From Paraspadella gotoi (taxonomy: Eukaryota > Animalia > Chaetognatha), in contig JBJCIZ010000239.1 in NCBI GenBank assembly GCA_051294375.1, positions 4,655,834 through 4,719,833 of the forward strand: a stretch of DNA of 64,000 nt. Direction: 5' to 3'. Shown piece by piece: positions 49,874-64,000 of this stretch. The translations under genes and the position numbers were made by a program. The notes below the pieces were generated by a model. That model worked only from the letters and a program-made list of their open reading frames with translations. It was not told the DNA's origin and made no database searches. Numbering within the stretch: the stretch's first letter is position 1; each line of letters begins with the position of its first letter.

Positions 49874-50412
49874 TATCTGGTTTTGGAGCGAAAGACCGTC
49901 GGCTCCACCTACGAGATAAAAGGAGCCTCTTTTCTTTTTTTTATTTTCTTTCCTCCCTTCGTTATTATCTGCCTTTTTTATTTTTATCTCACACTCTCTC
50001 TCTCTCAAGTATGACGCCGTCCAATAAGGGCAGTTTGAACTGGCTATAAGGGGACAGTTTCAACTGCGCCCTCTTTCTGTTCACGAAAACTGTCTTTTTT
50101 CCCTCTGTTTTGGGGAATCCCTACCACTATTTTTCACGGGGATTACTGTTTGAAGCCTTCTGCCTTATCCACGGCGGGGAATCCCCGCCGCTATTTTTGA
50201 TGGGGATTGACGTTTGAAGCCCTGTCCCGCCGTGAATCATCATTATGGGCAGTCCTTGTTATAAAAATATTTTAACTAAAACATACAAAACCTTAACAAT
50301 CCTAATTTAAAAATAAAATAATTTATTTGAATTTAGATTCATTCCTAAACCCTCTATTTTATATTCTCTCTCTCTCTCGGTCTACCTCTCTCTTTTTATT
50401 TTTCTATTTTCA

Positions 50413-50446
<34 letters not shown>

Positions 50447-50466
50447 TCTCTTTCAATCTATATCTC

Positions 50467-50504
<38 letters not shown>

Positions 50505-51542
50505 AATCTGTATTTCTCTCTTTTTCTCACTCTATTTCTTTTTTTTTTCTATTTTTATCTCTCTCTCACTTTCTCTCTTTGTCTCTCTTTCTACCTCTCT
50601 CTCTTTTTTTTATTTCATATATCTCTCTCTCTCTGTCTCTGTCTCTTCTTTCTTCTCTGTCTCTCTCTCTATCTCTCTCTCTCTTTATCTCTCTTTGTAT
50701 CTGTATCTCTTTCTCACTCTATTTCTTTTTTTTCTATTTTTTATCTCTCTCTTCACTTTCTTTCTCTCTCTTTGTTCTACCTCTTTCTCTCTTTCTTTTT
50801 TATATTCATATATATATATATATATATATCTCTCTCTCTGTCTGTTTTTTTTTTTATCCAAATGAATTATAATTTTTTGAATGAAATTGGTACAACCAAT
50901 AAAAAAAATACAAAAAAAGAATGTTACTTAGCATCTTTGTGTTTTGAATTGAGAAAAAGTTTGAATTATAGCAAACAACGATTTATTTTGAGACATTTGT
51001 TGTTGTTGTTGTTTTGATTTTAATTCAAGTCTTCATTAGCACTCTATTCCATTGAAGCTGTATATCCAGCTCAATAACACACTTTTCTACACATCAATAT
51101 ACTATATTGTCTTTCTTTCTTTCTTTTAATTATCTTTTTCTTCTTTTCTTTTTCTTTTTTTTTCCTATATTTTTTCTTCTTTCTTTTTTTTCTTACTTTT
51201 TCTGTCATTAATATTTCTGTAGTATTTAAAAATATATTAAAAGAAAGCAAAGAAAAATTCAAATCTGTGACCCTCATTGTTATCGCTATTGAGATACCTT
51301 GAAGCCCAAAAAAACAAAGAACGTTTGAGAGAGAGAGATAGAGAGATAGATAGAGAAAAGAGAGAGAGAGAGAGAGAGTGGGCCATTTCTCGTCCCCGTC
51401 ATGAATTTGGGCGGGGATTTGCCGGGAATGAAATCCCCGGCGAAGACCGCCGCAGGGCGTAGTTGCGGTGAACTTATAGTTCTCTTCCCCGAAACTGCGC
51501 GAAGTTAACAGTTTAAACTGCGAGGATATGGCCCGCGTAATA

Positions 51543-51615
<73 letters not shown>

Positions 51616-51769
51616 CTCCCTCCCTCTCTCTCTCTCTCTCCCTCTCTCTATCTCTCTATCCCTCCCAAACACTTTATCCGTCGTCCACGGTTAATTCCAA
51701 TAACACTTATAAGAGGCTTTCAAAACATTCATTCTCCATCCGGTTTCAGTCTGGCTTTGGATGATATCG

Positions 51770-51828
<59 letters not shown>

Positions 51829-51944
51829 ACTCTCACTCTCTCTTTGCCTTCCCTATCTTCCTCTTTATATCTCTCCCTTTCTCTCTCTCCTCCCTCCCCC
51901 TCTCTCCCCCCCTCTCTCTCTCTCTCTGGCTTTGGATGATATCG

Positions 51945-51989
<45 letters not shown>

Positions 51990-52329
51990 TTTCTCTCTCT
52001 CTCTCTCATCTCTCTTGCCTTCCCTATCTTTCCTCTTTATATCTCTCCCTTTCCTCTCTCCCTCCCCTCCCCCCTCTCTCCCCCCTCTCCTCTCTCTCTC
52101 TCTCTCTCTGTCTGTCTTTCTGTCTCTCTCTCTGTCCTCCCCCCTCTTCTCCTATCTCTCCCACATCTCTCTCCCTCTCTCTCCCTCCCTCTCTCTCTCT
52201 CTGTCTATCTGTCTCTCTCTCTGTCCCTCCCCCTCTCTCACTATCTCTCCCCATCTCTCCATCCCTCTCTCTCCTCTCCCTCCTCTCTCTCTCTCTCTCT
52301 CTCCCCACTCTCCGTTTTCAGGCCATAAA

Positions 52330-52850
52330 GCATTGAATCCCCAAAGATCTCCAGTTCCCACGTCTCCAATTCCAGCCTCTGTTTTCCTCCCCTTTTTTCC
52401 ACCCCATTGTAGTTGTGACCAATCTCAATGTTTTCATTCCCACGCCCCCTTTTTTCATCTTAAACTCAATCAATTGATCCTCAATTCCAACAAATTCTAT
52501 CACCAAGTCATTGATCCCTTTTATTATGTCCTCTTTAAAACCAGTCCCCATGTCCAAAATTCCCTTAAATTATGTTACCATGTCCCTTTTCAATCTCCAA
52601 TCATCTCCATGTTTCAATCCTATCCAGGCAGTCCCCATGTCCCCAATCCCAGTCTCCATATCCCCCAAATCTTTTAAATTCAGTCCCCAAGTCCCCAATC
52701 CTAATTAATCAGTCCCCATATATTCCTAATTCTCTTAAATTTAGTCCCCAATTCCCCGATCCCCTTAAATCAGTCCCCAATCCGCTCAACCTCTTAAACC
52801 TACAATTCCTTCAGACCCGAATCTCTTTAAATTCAGTCCCCAAGTCCCAG
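52330..52850. repeat. Degenerate cagtcccca-type repeat
   Basis: (c/t)agtcccca recurs at least 7 times between 52540 and 52845. Confidence 0.65.
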
Positions 52851-53746
52851 TTGATTCTATTACAAAACTTATCTGCCAGATCCCCGATCATAACAAAATT
52901 CCGATTGTACTTTTGATTTCTCAAGTTCCGCTTTCTTACTTCTACAGCCCCTTTTTAGTTGCCCCGCGAGTACACGGGGAGCAACTCTCTTAGTTACTTT
53001 TCGGTCGGTCGGTCTTTTGGCTTATCGGTTGTTTTGTTTGTCCCATTTACGTTTCAAATGGGTAAATACTCCCTCGGTTGCTCTTTTGTTGTTTTTTTTT
53101 TTTTTTTGCACATTGAGAGAACCTGGAATCTCAGTCATTGCAAGAGTTATCTTTTTTTTTTTCAAGGAAACGCATAAAGAATAAAACACAGAATTCCTAT
53201 GCAGTGCAAGTGTCACCCTCATGTAGCCAACCAGAAATAGACTCGATGAAAAGTTAATACAGCGCGACACATTGGAATTACCGTTCTTGTTTTGGAATTG
53301 GTAACTATAATATAATATCAACACAATTAGATTAAGTCTATAAGATGAACAAGCTATTTTGTCTCCTGATAAGTGTGCAGAAGATAGGTTAGCGCCTCCA
53401 TCCTACTTACAAGTTAATACATATGTTACATATGTCCAAATTATTTTTTTCTGGTTTAATTTTTTTATTATTGTCTTTTTTTTTTTTAAATTTAACACAC
53501 CTCTGTCCAATTTTAGAATTTTTCTCCAAATTTTAAATATTCTCTCCTCGTTGAAAACAAATTTAAACTTCATGTAATGCTCATATAACTTATATATATA
53601 TAACTTATATAACTCATATAAGTGTTTTTATGTAATAGGTTCATCCAAGCAATCCAAGCCAACACTATTTCTATCCGTATCCATCCCCAGTGGTCACTAT
53701 CTCTCACGAGATATTCTCTCTTTCTTTTTTTTCATTTCCGCACATT

Positions 53747-53853
<107 letters not shown>

Positions 53854-54530
53854 CTTCTCTCCCTCTCCCGTTTCCCATTTTATTTCCCCCCTTTTCTAAA
53901 AACAATAAGCTCCAAGTTTTAATTACACGAAACGCAACCGCGTCAGCTCGTGAAAGAATTAATCAGAAATCTCACTCGTGTTCCACAAATGGTGTGATTA
54001 ATGACAAACATGCAATGGGACGGCGAATGTGAAAAAAAAAAAAAGATTCCATTTGAACATACGTGTTTAGGTGTTAGTAATTAAAAACAACCAAGCCGTT
54101 AGTTGTTCTAATACTTCGAACAACTTACTTAGTAACATGACCACCTGAGGTCGTTTTAAATCTTTTAATACTACTTTTTTAATAGCACCGTCTAACTACA
54201 TTCGACACCATCTAACTACACCGTCTAACTACATCAATTTATCAACCGCTACCAACAAACATCATGCTCGCTCCGACGATATTAGAATATCGTCCAACAA
54301 CATATTAATCGTTCAACTCCATCAACCGCGGACCAACAATCATATTCCCTTCCAACCCCACCAACGTGCTCGGCCGTCGGACCAAATTTGCTTTGGCTTC
54401 CCTCGCTTTAAAAAAAAAAATAAAAAGTTAATGAACCGTCATGAAAGCTTTTTTCATGGGTTTTAATTGTTTTTTTTCAACTCTCTCTCTCATCTTTGTC
54501 TTTCTCTCTGTCTCCTCTCTCTTTGTCTCT

Positions 54531-54564
<34 letters not shown>

Positions 54565-54569
54565 CTCTC

Positions 54570-54606
<37 letters not shown>

Positions 54607-54692
54607 CCTCCCGCCTATCGCCTTTCCCTCCCCTCTCTCTCCCCCTCTCTCTCTCCCTTCTCTCCTCGAAGTTTCCACGTTTGTTTTTTCTC

Positions 54693-54743
<51 letters not shown>

Positions 54744-55485
54744 TCTCTCTTTTTTTNNNNNNNNNNNNNNNNNNNNNNNNNNNNNNNNNNNNNNNNNNNN
54801 NNNNNNNNNNNNNNNNNNNNNNNNNNNNNNNNNNNNNNNNNNNNNNNNNNNNNNNNNNNNNNNNNNNNNNNNNNNNNNNNNNNNNNNNNNNNNNNNNNNN
54901 NNNNNNNNNNNNNNNNNNNNNNNNNNNNNNNNNNNNNNNNNNNNNNNNNNNNNNNNNNNNNNNNNNNNNNNNNNNNNNNNNNNNNNNNNNNNNNNNNNNN
55001 NNNNNNNNNNNNNNNNNNNNNNNNNNNNNNNNNNNNNNNNNNNNNNNNNNNNNNNNNNNNNNNNNNNNNNNNNNNNNNNNNNNNNNNNNNNNNNNNNNNN
55101 NNNNNNNNNNNNNNNNNNNNNNNNNNNNNNNNNNNNNNNNNNNNNNNNNNNNNNNNNNNNNNNNNNNNNNNNNNNNNNNNNNNNNNNNNNNNNNNNNNNN
55201 NNNNNNNNNNNNNNNNNNNNNNNNNNNNNNNNNNNNNNNNNNNNNNNNNNNNNNNNNNNNNNNNNNNNNNNNNNNNNNNNNNNNNNNNNNNNNNNNNNNN
55301 NNNNNNNNNNNNNNNNNNNNNNNNNNNNNNNNNNNNNNNNNNNNNNNNNNNNNNNNNNNNNNNNNNNNNNNNNNNNNNNNNNNNNNNNNNNNNNNNNNNN
55401 NNNNNNNNNNNNNNNNNNNNNNNNNNNNNNNNNNNNNNNNNNNNNNNNNNNNNNNNNNNNNNNNNNNNNNNNNNNNNNNNNNNNN

Positions 55486-55519
<34 letters not shown>

Positions 55520-56189
55520 CAAAAACATTTAACATTTAAAACTGCAAAAAAAAAAGAATTTTTTATAAACTTAGAAACATACATACAATCAGACAGACAC
55601 ATATAAACAAACAGAAAGACGGCGAATCAAACGCTAAGAAACACACAGAGAGTCAGACGAAGACTGACAGAAAGACCGACAGACGGACGGTAATAATAGG
55701 AACGAAGTGAGTCTGTGAATAGTGAAAGCGTAAAATGAGTGAAAGCGTCTTCATGGATTTTACTTTCGGCTCTTTTATCCAAAAGAGCCTCATTTCAGTT
55801 AATCCAAATCTTTGAAAAAAACGAGTTGTAAATATTTTTGGCAAGGACAAAAGGATTTTATTTTTTTATTAAAAACATGATTTTATGGTAAAAATGAACA
55901 TAGAAATAACATTTTACTATTGATTAAACGATTTAAAACTCATTTTTTAACTCTTAAAAAGCAATAAAACTGAAAGGATACTTTAAAATATTATCTATTA
56001 ACACTAATATTTAACCCTAATATATAACCAAACCCATAACCCAACCTGTGTGTTCCTCTTTTGATTTTTTTTACTTTTTTTAAAATTTTATTCAAGAACT
56101 TTAAGATTTTAGAAACGGTAGGGAAGTTTTTTCCTCAATAAAAATCATCTGATTCGGTCGAATCTTTACAGGAAACCAACTCGTCATCT

Positions 56190-56472
56190 TACGGACACAT
56201 AACCCTTAACCCTTAAGCTTAATAATAATCCCTAACCTTAAGCTAATCCTTTATACTTACCCTAAACTTTAATACTTAATCTTTAAGACTAACCCCAAAC
56301 CCTTAACCTCGGCTTCTTACCCTAATCCTAAACTCTAATCACTAACCTAATCCCTAACCTTAATCCGTAACATTAATCCTTAACCCTAACCTTTAAAATA
56401 ATTTTTAATCTTAATAACTAACTTAAATTAGGATTCAAGATGAAATGGGGCGCTTTAGGAAAATGCAGCCCA
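56190..56472. mobile_element. MITE with telomere-like interior (family copy, left end unclear)
   Basis: ccctaa-like units ending ttcaagatgaaatggggcgctttaggaaaatgcagccc. Confidence 0.65.
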
Positions 56473-56624
56473 CACTACAGTAGCTAGGGAGAGGGAAGGG
56501 TGGAATGAGGAGAAATGAGAGAAAAAAAGGGGGGGAGATAAAATGGGAGAAGATTGAAAGACAGGAGTAACTTTATTGCAGCGTATTATTGGTTTGCAGT
56601 CTAGTGGAAACCGGGCACCACAGG

Positions 56625-56673
<49 letters not shown>

Positions 56674-56764
56674 TGTTGTCTGCGTCTCGCTCCCTGGGAA
56701 AAGTGATATCCACGAATTTAAAGCGCGAATGTTTTGATCAAAGGGAATTTCTTCGCAAGACATA

Positions 56765-57660
56765 AAATGAAGACGACGACGACGACGACAATGATGATGA
56801 CGACTAAAACCACGACGACGGTGGCGGCGACGACTACAACAACCACGACGATGACAAAGACGACTAAGACGAAAACGATGACAACAATAATGACGACAAT
56901 GATGATGATGACGACGACGACGTCAATGATGATGATGACAAAAACGACGATGACAATGATGAGGATGACGACAACGACGACTGAGACAATGATTGAGAAG
57001 ATGACAACGACTAAGGGGACTAAATCTTTGTTATCTTTCTTGTCGTCTGATTCATCGTTATCATCGTCTTCGTCATCGTTGTCTTCGTTGTCGACTTTAT
57101 TGTCAATGTTATCGTCATCTTCGTCGTCGTCATCATCGTCTTCCTCATCGTCTTCTTTGTCAGTCCCCTCAGCCAATCAGCAAATGTCATCGTTGTCATC
57201 ATCGTCTTCCTCATTGTCGTCGCTTTCTCCTTTTTCCGTCCTCTCAGCCAATCAGCGAATTTCGTCGTCGTCATTGTCTTCTTTATTGTTGTCCCTCTCA
57301 GCCAATCAGGAATCCTAATCCTCATCCATCACTCCTTTGTCCATCGTCTCAGCCAATCAGGAAACGTTGTCGTCGTCGTCGTCATTCTCATCGTCGTCGT
57401 CAACCTCGTCTCCTTTGTCCGTCGTCTCAGCCAATCAGGAAACGTTGTCGTCGGTCGTCGGCGGTCATTCCTTCATAGTCATACCTGTCAATCCTCTGTT
57501 CTCCTTTGTTTCGGTCCGTCTTCTGGCTTCCTCCGCAAATTCCAGGAAACGTCGGTCGTCGGGTCGTCATTCTCATTGTCGTCGTTCCAACCTCGTCTCC
57601 TTTGGTGTGCCGTCGTCGTCCCTCAGCCAATTCAGGAAACGTTGTCGTCGTCGTCCGTCA
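56765..57660. repeat. (GAC/GAT)n arm, complementary (TCG/TCA)n arm, then tandem units carrying TCAGCCAATCAG
   Basis: The triplet strand switches at ~57020-57040. tcagccaatcag at about 57169, 57244, 57298, 57349 and 57427, with a variant at 57623. Confidence 0.8.
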
Positions 57661-58494
57661 TTTCATAGTCAATGGGATACGGTCAAACCGTCTGTCCTCC
57701 TATATGTCCGTTCTACTCGGACNNNNNNNNNNNNNNNNNNNNNNNNNCGCCACAAAAGCTCAAATTGCAAAATTTCCAGTCGTAAAATTGGTTTCTTCGT
57801 CGCGAAAAATTCCAAGTTGCGTTGTAGCCGGATCTCCCTGTATTTCCTTTCCCTTCACCCCCCCCCATCACGCCTTCTGAAATTCGACCATTTATTTTCT
57901 CCGACTCTATTGTACTTTTTTCTTTCCTAAAGTGAAAATTTTACCCAAAATCGATCGATCAAGAAAAAAAGAAAAAAAGAAAAAAAGAAAAAAATGAAAA
58001 GATTCTGAATGGAAATTTTTTGAGGTTTTGTACTTCCAAGTTTTCTAAGTTGGAATGGTGTAAAGCNNNNNNNNNNNNNNNNNNNNNNNNNTTTTTTCTT
58101 TTATTCTTCCAGTTTTATTTAACCATGAATATATTGTCTTTTATTTTGTTAAAGGGGAAAATAAAGAAGAGAGAGAGAAGAGAGATGGAGATGAAAGAGA
58201 AGGGGGAGAGAGAGAGAGAGAGAGAAGAGAAGAGAGAGAGAGAGAGAGAGCGACACAGACATGAGAGAGAGAAGAGAACATTATCTATTACAGATGAAGC
58301 AGAGAGAGAGAGAGAGGAGACGAGAACGATGAAGAGAGTAGAGAGAGAGTTCGCATTTTCCTGATTTTTCAAAGGGTAATTTCCGCTGATATGGAGGCGC
58401 GTTTATGCTAACAGCAGCAATAAAGAAGAGGAAGCCGGAAAAGAACAGTGGGAGAGGGGGATAGAGAGGGAGTTAGAGAGAGAGAGGAGAAAAG

Positions 58495-58532
<38 letters not shown>

Positions 58533-58858
58533 CAGAGAGAGGCCAGATGAAAGAGCGAGTGACAGAACCGCACGGTTTATCTGATCTAAAACACACTGAG
58601 TCGACTCGTATAAAAATAAGGGCACATAGCGAGGGAGGAGAGAAGAGAGAAGAGAGAGAGAGAGACGAGAGAGAGAAGAGATGAGAGAGAAAAGAGAAGG
58701 AGAGAAACCAGGTATGCAAGCATTGACACGGGCTTTCATTCTGTAACCAAGCAACCGGTGCTTGTCTTCATGGAAATCATTTGGTGGAAGAGAAAAAAAT
58801 CCTCTGCGGAAGGACGCGGAGAAAATCGCGGCTTCAGTGGAAAGAAATGGAGGGAAGG

Positions 58859-58994
<136 letters not shown>

Positions 58995-59456
58995 TTTTTG
59001 GCGTCAAAACTAAGAACAGTGTTTTTTTTTCCACACACAAAGCGAATCTATTCTTTTGATAATACTTGACAGTTGTCTTTTATCTAACCTTGTAAAGTGA
59101 AGAAAGAAATGATTTTATTAAATTTAATAATAAATTATAATTTAAAAAGAATATTTTTAAATTTGTGAGCCCTCTTAAAATTGCTGGACCATTCCACATT
59201 AAAAAAATTTTAACAATTAACTTCTTATATTTGAAACAAATTATTTTTGGTCGTTGGTGGGGCCAAAGGTTTGGAATACATAATCAGCGTACATTTTTCT
59301 TTTATTAATTTTTTTACATTTAATCATTTCATGTACAATTATTATTAATGTTATTATAGTTTTATTGTTAACACCAAGATATTTTGTATTGAAACCTTAA
59401 AAGTAAAAACGACAATACTTGCGTTTCATTGCTATCGTCTCTAAATGATGGGAGAA

Positions 59457-59553
<97 letters not shown>

Positions 59554-59759
59554 GGAGAGAGCAAATTCCCTCACGTGACAATTCTCCAGAGACTGGAATG
59601 TTTAATCGCAAGGCTCATTTTTTTTCTTGCTGCATATAATAATTTTTTCCCATTTTTTTATCCTTAACATTTTAATGTATACTTTTTCTACAGTTTCTCT
59701 CAACTACCTTATGTTACACTTGTGTACACATATTCTGCGTTGGTAAAACTAATATAAAA

Positions 59760-59760
<1 letters not shown>

Positions 59761-59842
<82 letters not shown>

Positions 59843-60004
59843 GATTATTATTATTATTATTCATTAAATAGCTCTCTCGTCTCCTGACTTTGATACAGAC
59901 TGGTGAATTAAGACCTAACATCCCTCCTAACTAAATACTATCATAGCAAGTCGCTACAAGTTTTCAATCATCATCATCATCATTTATCATCATCATCATC
60001 ATTA

Positions 60005-60035
<31 letters not shown>

Positions 60036-60127
60036 TTTATCATCATCATACTACATCTTCATCATAATCATCATGATCAATCATCGTCATTATCATAATC
60101 ATTATCATCATCAATCATCATCAATCG

Positions 60128-60168
<41 letters not shown>
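59761..60168. repeat. (TTA)n and (CAT)n microsatellites
   Basis: tta tract 59761-59862, cat tract 59968-60168. Confidence 0.9.
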
Positions 60169-60200
60169 TTCTTCTTTTTTTTTCCTTTCTCCCGCTCCAG

Positions 60201-62627
60201 TAAAGCTTTCTCGGTCCTCTGGGACACGCGCGCCCTTTTGGCACCTCAGCGGCGCTTAAGTGGAGCCAAGCGACACATCAGCGCCGTATTAAAATCATTC
60301 AGGACGCCTCCTCCAGAGTGCACGGGGAAAATACCGTCAAACATTCGAAGTAAGGAAACCTTTTCCCCCGAGCGCGCTCAATTTCCGTTGTTGTATCCCT
60401 GAACAAGGGCCAATCTATGTCAACGGAGTGGGTCAGAAGTTTGATTTGGGAACCTTCCCAAATGAAACTTCATACATTTCTGAGAAAACTTTTAATTGAC
60501 TAATTTTTTTTTAAATGACAAGAAGCACTAGTAATTATTTTTTTAAATTTATTTATAGAGGAAATGGCAAAAAAATTATGTTGAATTTTATATTTTTAAA
60601 AGCAGATTCAAATAGCTTATGAAAAGTTAGTTAAAATTGGGAACAACCATAAAAAATCATCTTCATCATTATCATCATCTGATAATTTTAGTAGTTTTTT
60701 TTAATTTTCAGTAATAAAATATTAAAATTTTAAAAAGTTGTAATAATATTTTTAGCTTAACTTTTTAAGCTCTATCAGAATCAATAAAAAATACTTAAAA
60801 TATTAAAAAATATTATATAGCAATATAATAATGTTAATTAGCGAATTACTCTTGGTTCAGAACATTTTTGCAAAAAAATAGTTTAACGAATAGCAATAAT
60901 GGATTTGTTTAATGCTATTCCCATTAAAATTTGAATTTGGTCGGCAAGCGTTATGGCTGAAATTTTAACCTTAATATTTTTTTTTCATAAAAAGTTTCAT
61001 AAATTTCATTAAATATTTATATTACTATATTACTATATTATAGTATATATAATACTATATTACTATAGCTAGTAACATTGACATTTAACCCTCAGCTCCC
61101 AGGGAGTAACAGTAACGCAGTCTTCTTTTCTCTTGTCTTGTCATGTCATGTCAAGTCATGTCAACTGTCAATCATGCCATGTAATTTTCATGTAGGCTAT
61201 TTTAGTTAATTATTTATTGATATCTAACGAATCATGGTAATTGAAATTAGTGATTTTTATTACTCGTTTAAAATAATATGCAAATTAAGCACAAATTTAG
61301 GCTTGCACGTTGAAAACAAATGATCAATGCAAGATTCGAGCCTTGTTTTTTTAGCAACGCATTCTCGACCATCTTTCGACGCGGAATCGCTCATCTCTCC
61401 CCGGGCACCGCAGCCGCTATGCACCCTGGCGCCGTGCTGGCACCCCGATGACACCTCTCTGGCGCCTTCACGCGCCGAGAAACCAATCAAGGGACACTCA
61501 GGAAAGTAATTTCTTTTCTGAGAGTAGCGGGGGGGTGAGGTAAAGCGGAGGAAATGGAGGAAAGAAAAGAAGAAAAGGGAGGAAAAAAGGAAAAGAGAGA
61601 GAGAAAAAATATAGAAAGAGATGGAGGGAAAAGTGTGAGAGAAGAAATGTAGGATTATATGAAAAATTATGGAGGAAAAGGGAAAAAAAGAAAGATAAGG
61701 AGAACGAGAAAGAAAAGAAGGAGAATGAAAAGGAGAACAAAGAGAATAAGAAGGAGAGGATTGAGAGGGAGAAGAAGGAGAAGGAGAAAAGAAGGCAAGA
61801 AGGAGAAGAAAAAGAATGAGGAGAAGAATGAGAAGGCAAGGGGATGGAGTCCTAAGAAATAGAAGAAGAAAGAGCATGAGAAGGAGAAAAATGAGAATGA
61901 GAAGAAGGAAAAGAGAAGGAGGATAATGAGAACAAAACGATTAAGAATGAGAGAGAAGTAGTATATAGAATGAGAAGGGGAAAAATAAGAATGAGAAGAA
62001 TTAGGAGGAGAACGAGAAGAAGGAAAATAAGAAAGAGAAGAATAAGAATGAGAAGGAGAAATGATAGAAGGAGAACGCATTGGGGCTGAAGAAAGGGCAG
62101 ATGGAAGAAAAAGTAATTTCCTCGGGGAAAGAAGTAAGAAAAGGTTAAGAAAAGGGAAGGAATATAAAATGTAAAGATGAGGTGGATAAAAAAAAGGTTG
62201 AATGTAATGTGAAAATTAAACTCGCGAATGTAGTAGTAGTATCATAAAGGAAAATCAGATTAAAGAGATAATTTTGGAAAAACAAATTTGAGCAAACAAT
62301 ATCGGATCTGCCCACGATCATTAGTTGATTAGGTAATTAATTAATTAATTAATTTGATCCCAAATGTTTGTTTCTTTCTGAAAAAAATTTGCTAATCATA
62401 ACTATAACTAATAATTAGCAGTAACTTTTAAATTCTTAAAACTTTTTTTTCAAAATTGACCAACATACTGGTATGATGGACTAAAATCCACCAACCGTTT
62501 CATCACCGCCTTAACAGGTGTTACAGCCTGATCCGAAGCTCAGGGACTGTCCATCTGTGAGGGCGACATATTGCCGTTCATTTGACGAATCACTTCACGG
62601 GGTCTTTCGAAAACAGAGATGGCCGAC
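60201..62627 (+). CDS. Candidate exons of an unidentified gene
   Basis: 60201-60349 (polypyrimidine-cAG acceptor, GTAAGG donor, open: KAFSVLWDTRALL..NIR) joins in phase to 61334-~61505 (NSSLVFLATHSRPSFDAE..). 62518-62627 (ttaacAG|VLQPDPKLRDCP..|GTGAGA) is open but needs an intervening exon or an indel. Confidence 0.4.
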
Positions 62628-64000
62628 GTGAGAGAAGAGCGACCAAAGGGAGAATCCGAGTTTGGAACGACATTGTCGTCGGGCTTATTTTTTTGTAAGG
62701 GTTAATAAGTAAACTTCCCCAGCATGAAAAAAACATCGTCTTCTCAGTTCTCACTCGCGTTCGGTTTCCCTATTTATTTATATACATATATATACATTAT
62801 ATACATATATATATTTATATACATTTGACTAGTTTTAACTCATATCTGGGGGAAAAAAAATGTTCATCGGAAGGATTGNNNNNNNNNNNNNNNNNNNNNN
62901 NNNNNNNNNNNNNNNNNNNNNNNNNNNNNNNNNNNNNNNNNNNNNNNNNNNNNNNNNNNNNNNNNNNNNNNNNNNNNNNNNNNNNNNNNNNNNNNNNNNN
63001 NNNNNNNNNNNNNNNNNNNNNNNNNNNNNNNNNNNNNNNNNNNNNNNNNNNNNNNNNNNNNNNNNNNNNNNNNNNNNNNNNNNNNNNNNNNNNNNNNNNN
63101 NNNNNNNNNNNNNNNNNNNNNNNNNNNNNNNNNNNNNNNNNNNNNNNNNNNNNNNNNNNNNNNNNNNNNNNNNNNNNNNNNNNNNNNNNNNNNNNNNNNN
63201 NNNNNNNNNNNNNNNNNNNNNNNNNNNNNNNNNNNNNNNNNNNNNNNNNNNNNNNNNNNNNNNNNNNNNNNNNNNNNNNNNNNNNNNNNNNNNNNNNNNN
63301 NNNNNNNNNNNNNNNNNNNNNNNNNNNNNNNNNNNNNNNNNNNNNNNNNNNNNNNNNNNNNNNNNNNNNNNNNNNNNNNNNNNNNNNNNNNNNNNNNNNN
63401 NNNNNNNNNNNNNNNNNNNNNNNNNNNNNNNNNNNNNNNNNNNNNNNNNNNNNNNNNNNNNNNNNNNNNNNNNNNNNNNNNNNNNNNNNNNNNNNNNNNN
63501 NNNNNNNNNNNNNNNNNNNNNNNNNNNNNNNNNNNNNNNNNNNNNNNNNNNNNNNNNNNNNNNNNNNNNNNNNNNNNNNNNNNNNNNNNNNNNNNNNNNN
63601 NNNNNNNNNNNNNNNNNNNNNNNNNNNNNNNNNNNNNNNNNNNNNNNNNNNNNNNNNNNNNNNNNNNNNNNNNNNNNNNNNNNNNNNNNNNNNNNNNNNN
63701 NNNNNNNNNNNNNNNNNNNNNNNNNNNNNNNNNNNNNNNNNNNNNNNNNNNNNNNNNNNNNNNNNNNNNNNNNNNNNNNNNNNNNNNNNNNNNNNNNNNN
63801 NNNNNNNNNNNNNNNNNNNNNNNNNNNNNNNNNNNNNNNNNNNNNNNNTCAAAGTCAAAGTCAAATTCAATTAGCGCAAACTTCGTTTTATGAAATTTTT
63901 TTTCTCATGAAAATATAATGATTTTTCCCTAATGCTATTTTTTTACTAAATAAGTAACTACTAACGCTTCAAAACTAAGGTCACTATTTATGAATTGGGC

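Noticed and set aside
62468-62684. Minus-strand frame with a single in-frame TGA (selenocysteine/readthrough idea; similar case near 47879)
   Set aside because: There is no SECIS or selenoprotein motif, a plus-strand exon explains the 62.5-kb segment, and sequencing error is likely.

Overview
AT-rich, microsatellite-dense eukaryotic (probably invertebrate animal) genomic DNA from an error-prone, gap-filled assembly. It has many 25-N gaps, raw-read-like noisy blocks, and the first ~13 kb and 15.7-18.3 kb look like the same loci assembled more than once. Nearly all ORFs in the supplied track are microsatellite or N-run artefacts. Supported genes are an XK-related multi-pass membrane gene (+, from 41441), a 4-exon gene encoding signal peptide, Cys-rich domain and C-terminal hydrophobic tail (-, 33419-34672), and two chains of short candidate exons (+, ~17.7-25.9 kb and ~60.2-62.6 kb). 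Non-autonomous mobile elements are abundant: a 3.0-kb CACGG/4-bp-TSD Chapaev-like foldback, a CGGT..ACCG/6-bp-TSD minisatellite-armed foldback whose empty site survives next door, about 8 MITEs filled with telomere-like repeats, a TA-flanked MITE, HINE/DINE-1-like elements and a tRNA-derived SINE. The most intriguing signal is that several predicted introns lack a polypyrimidine tract but have mutually complementary ends, one with a possible GA donor.
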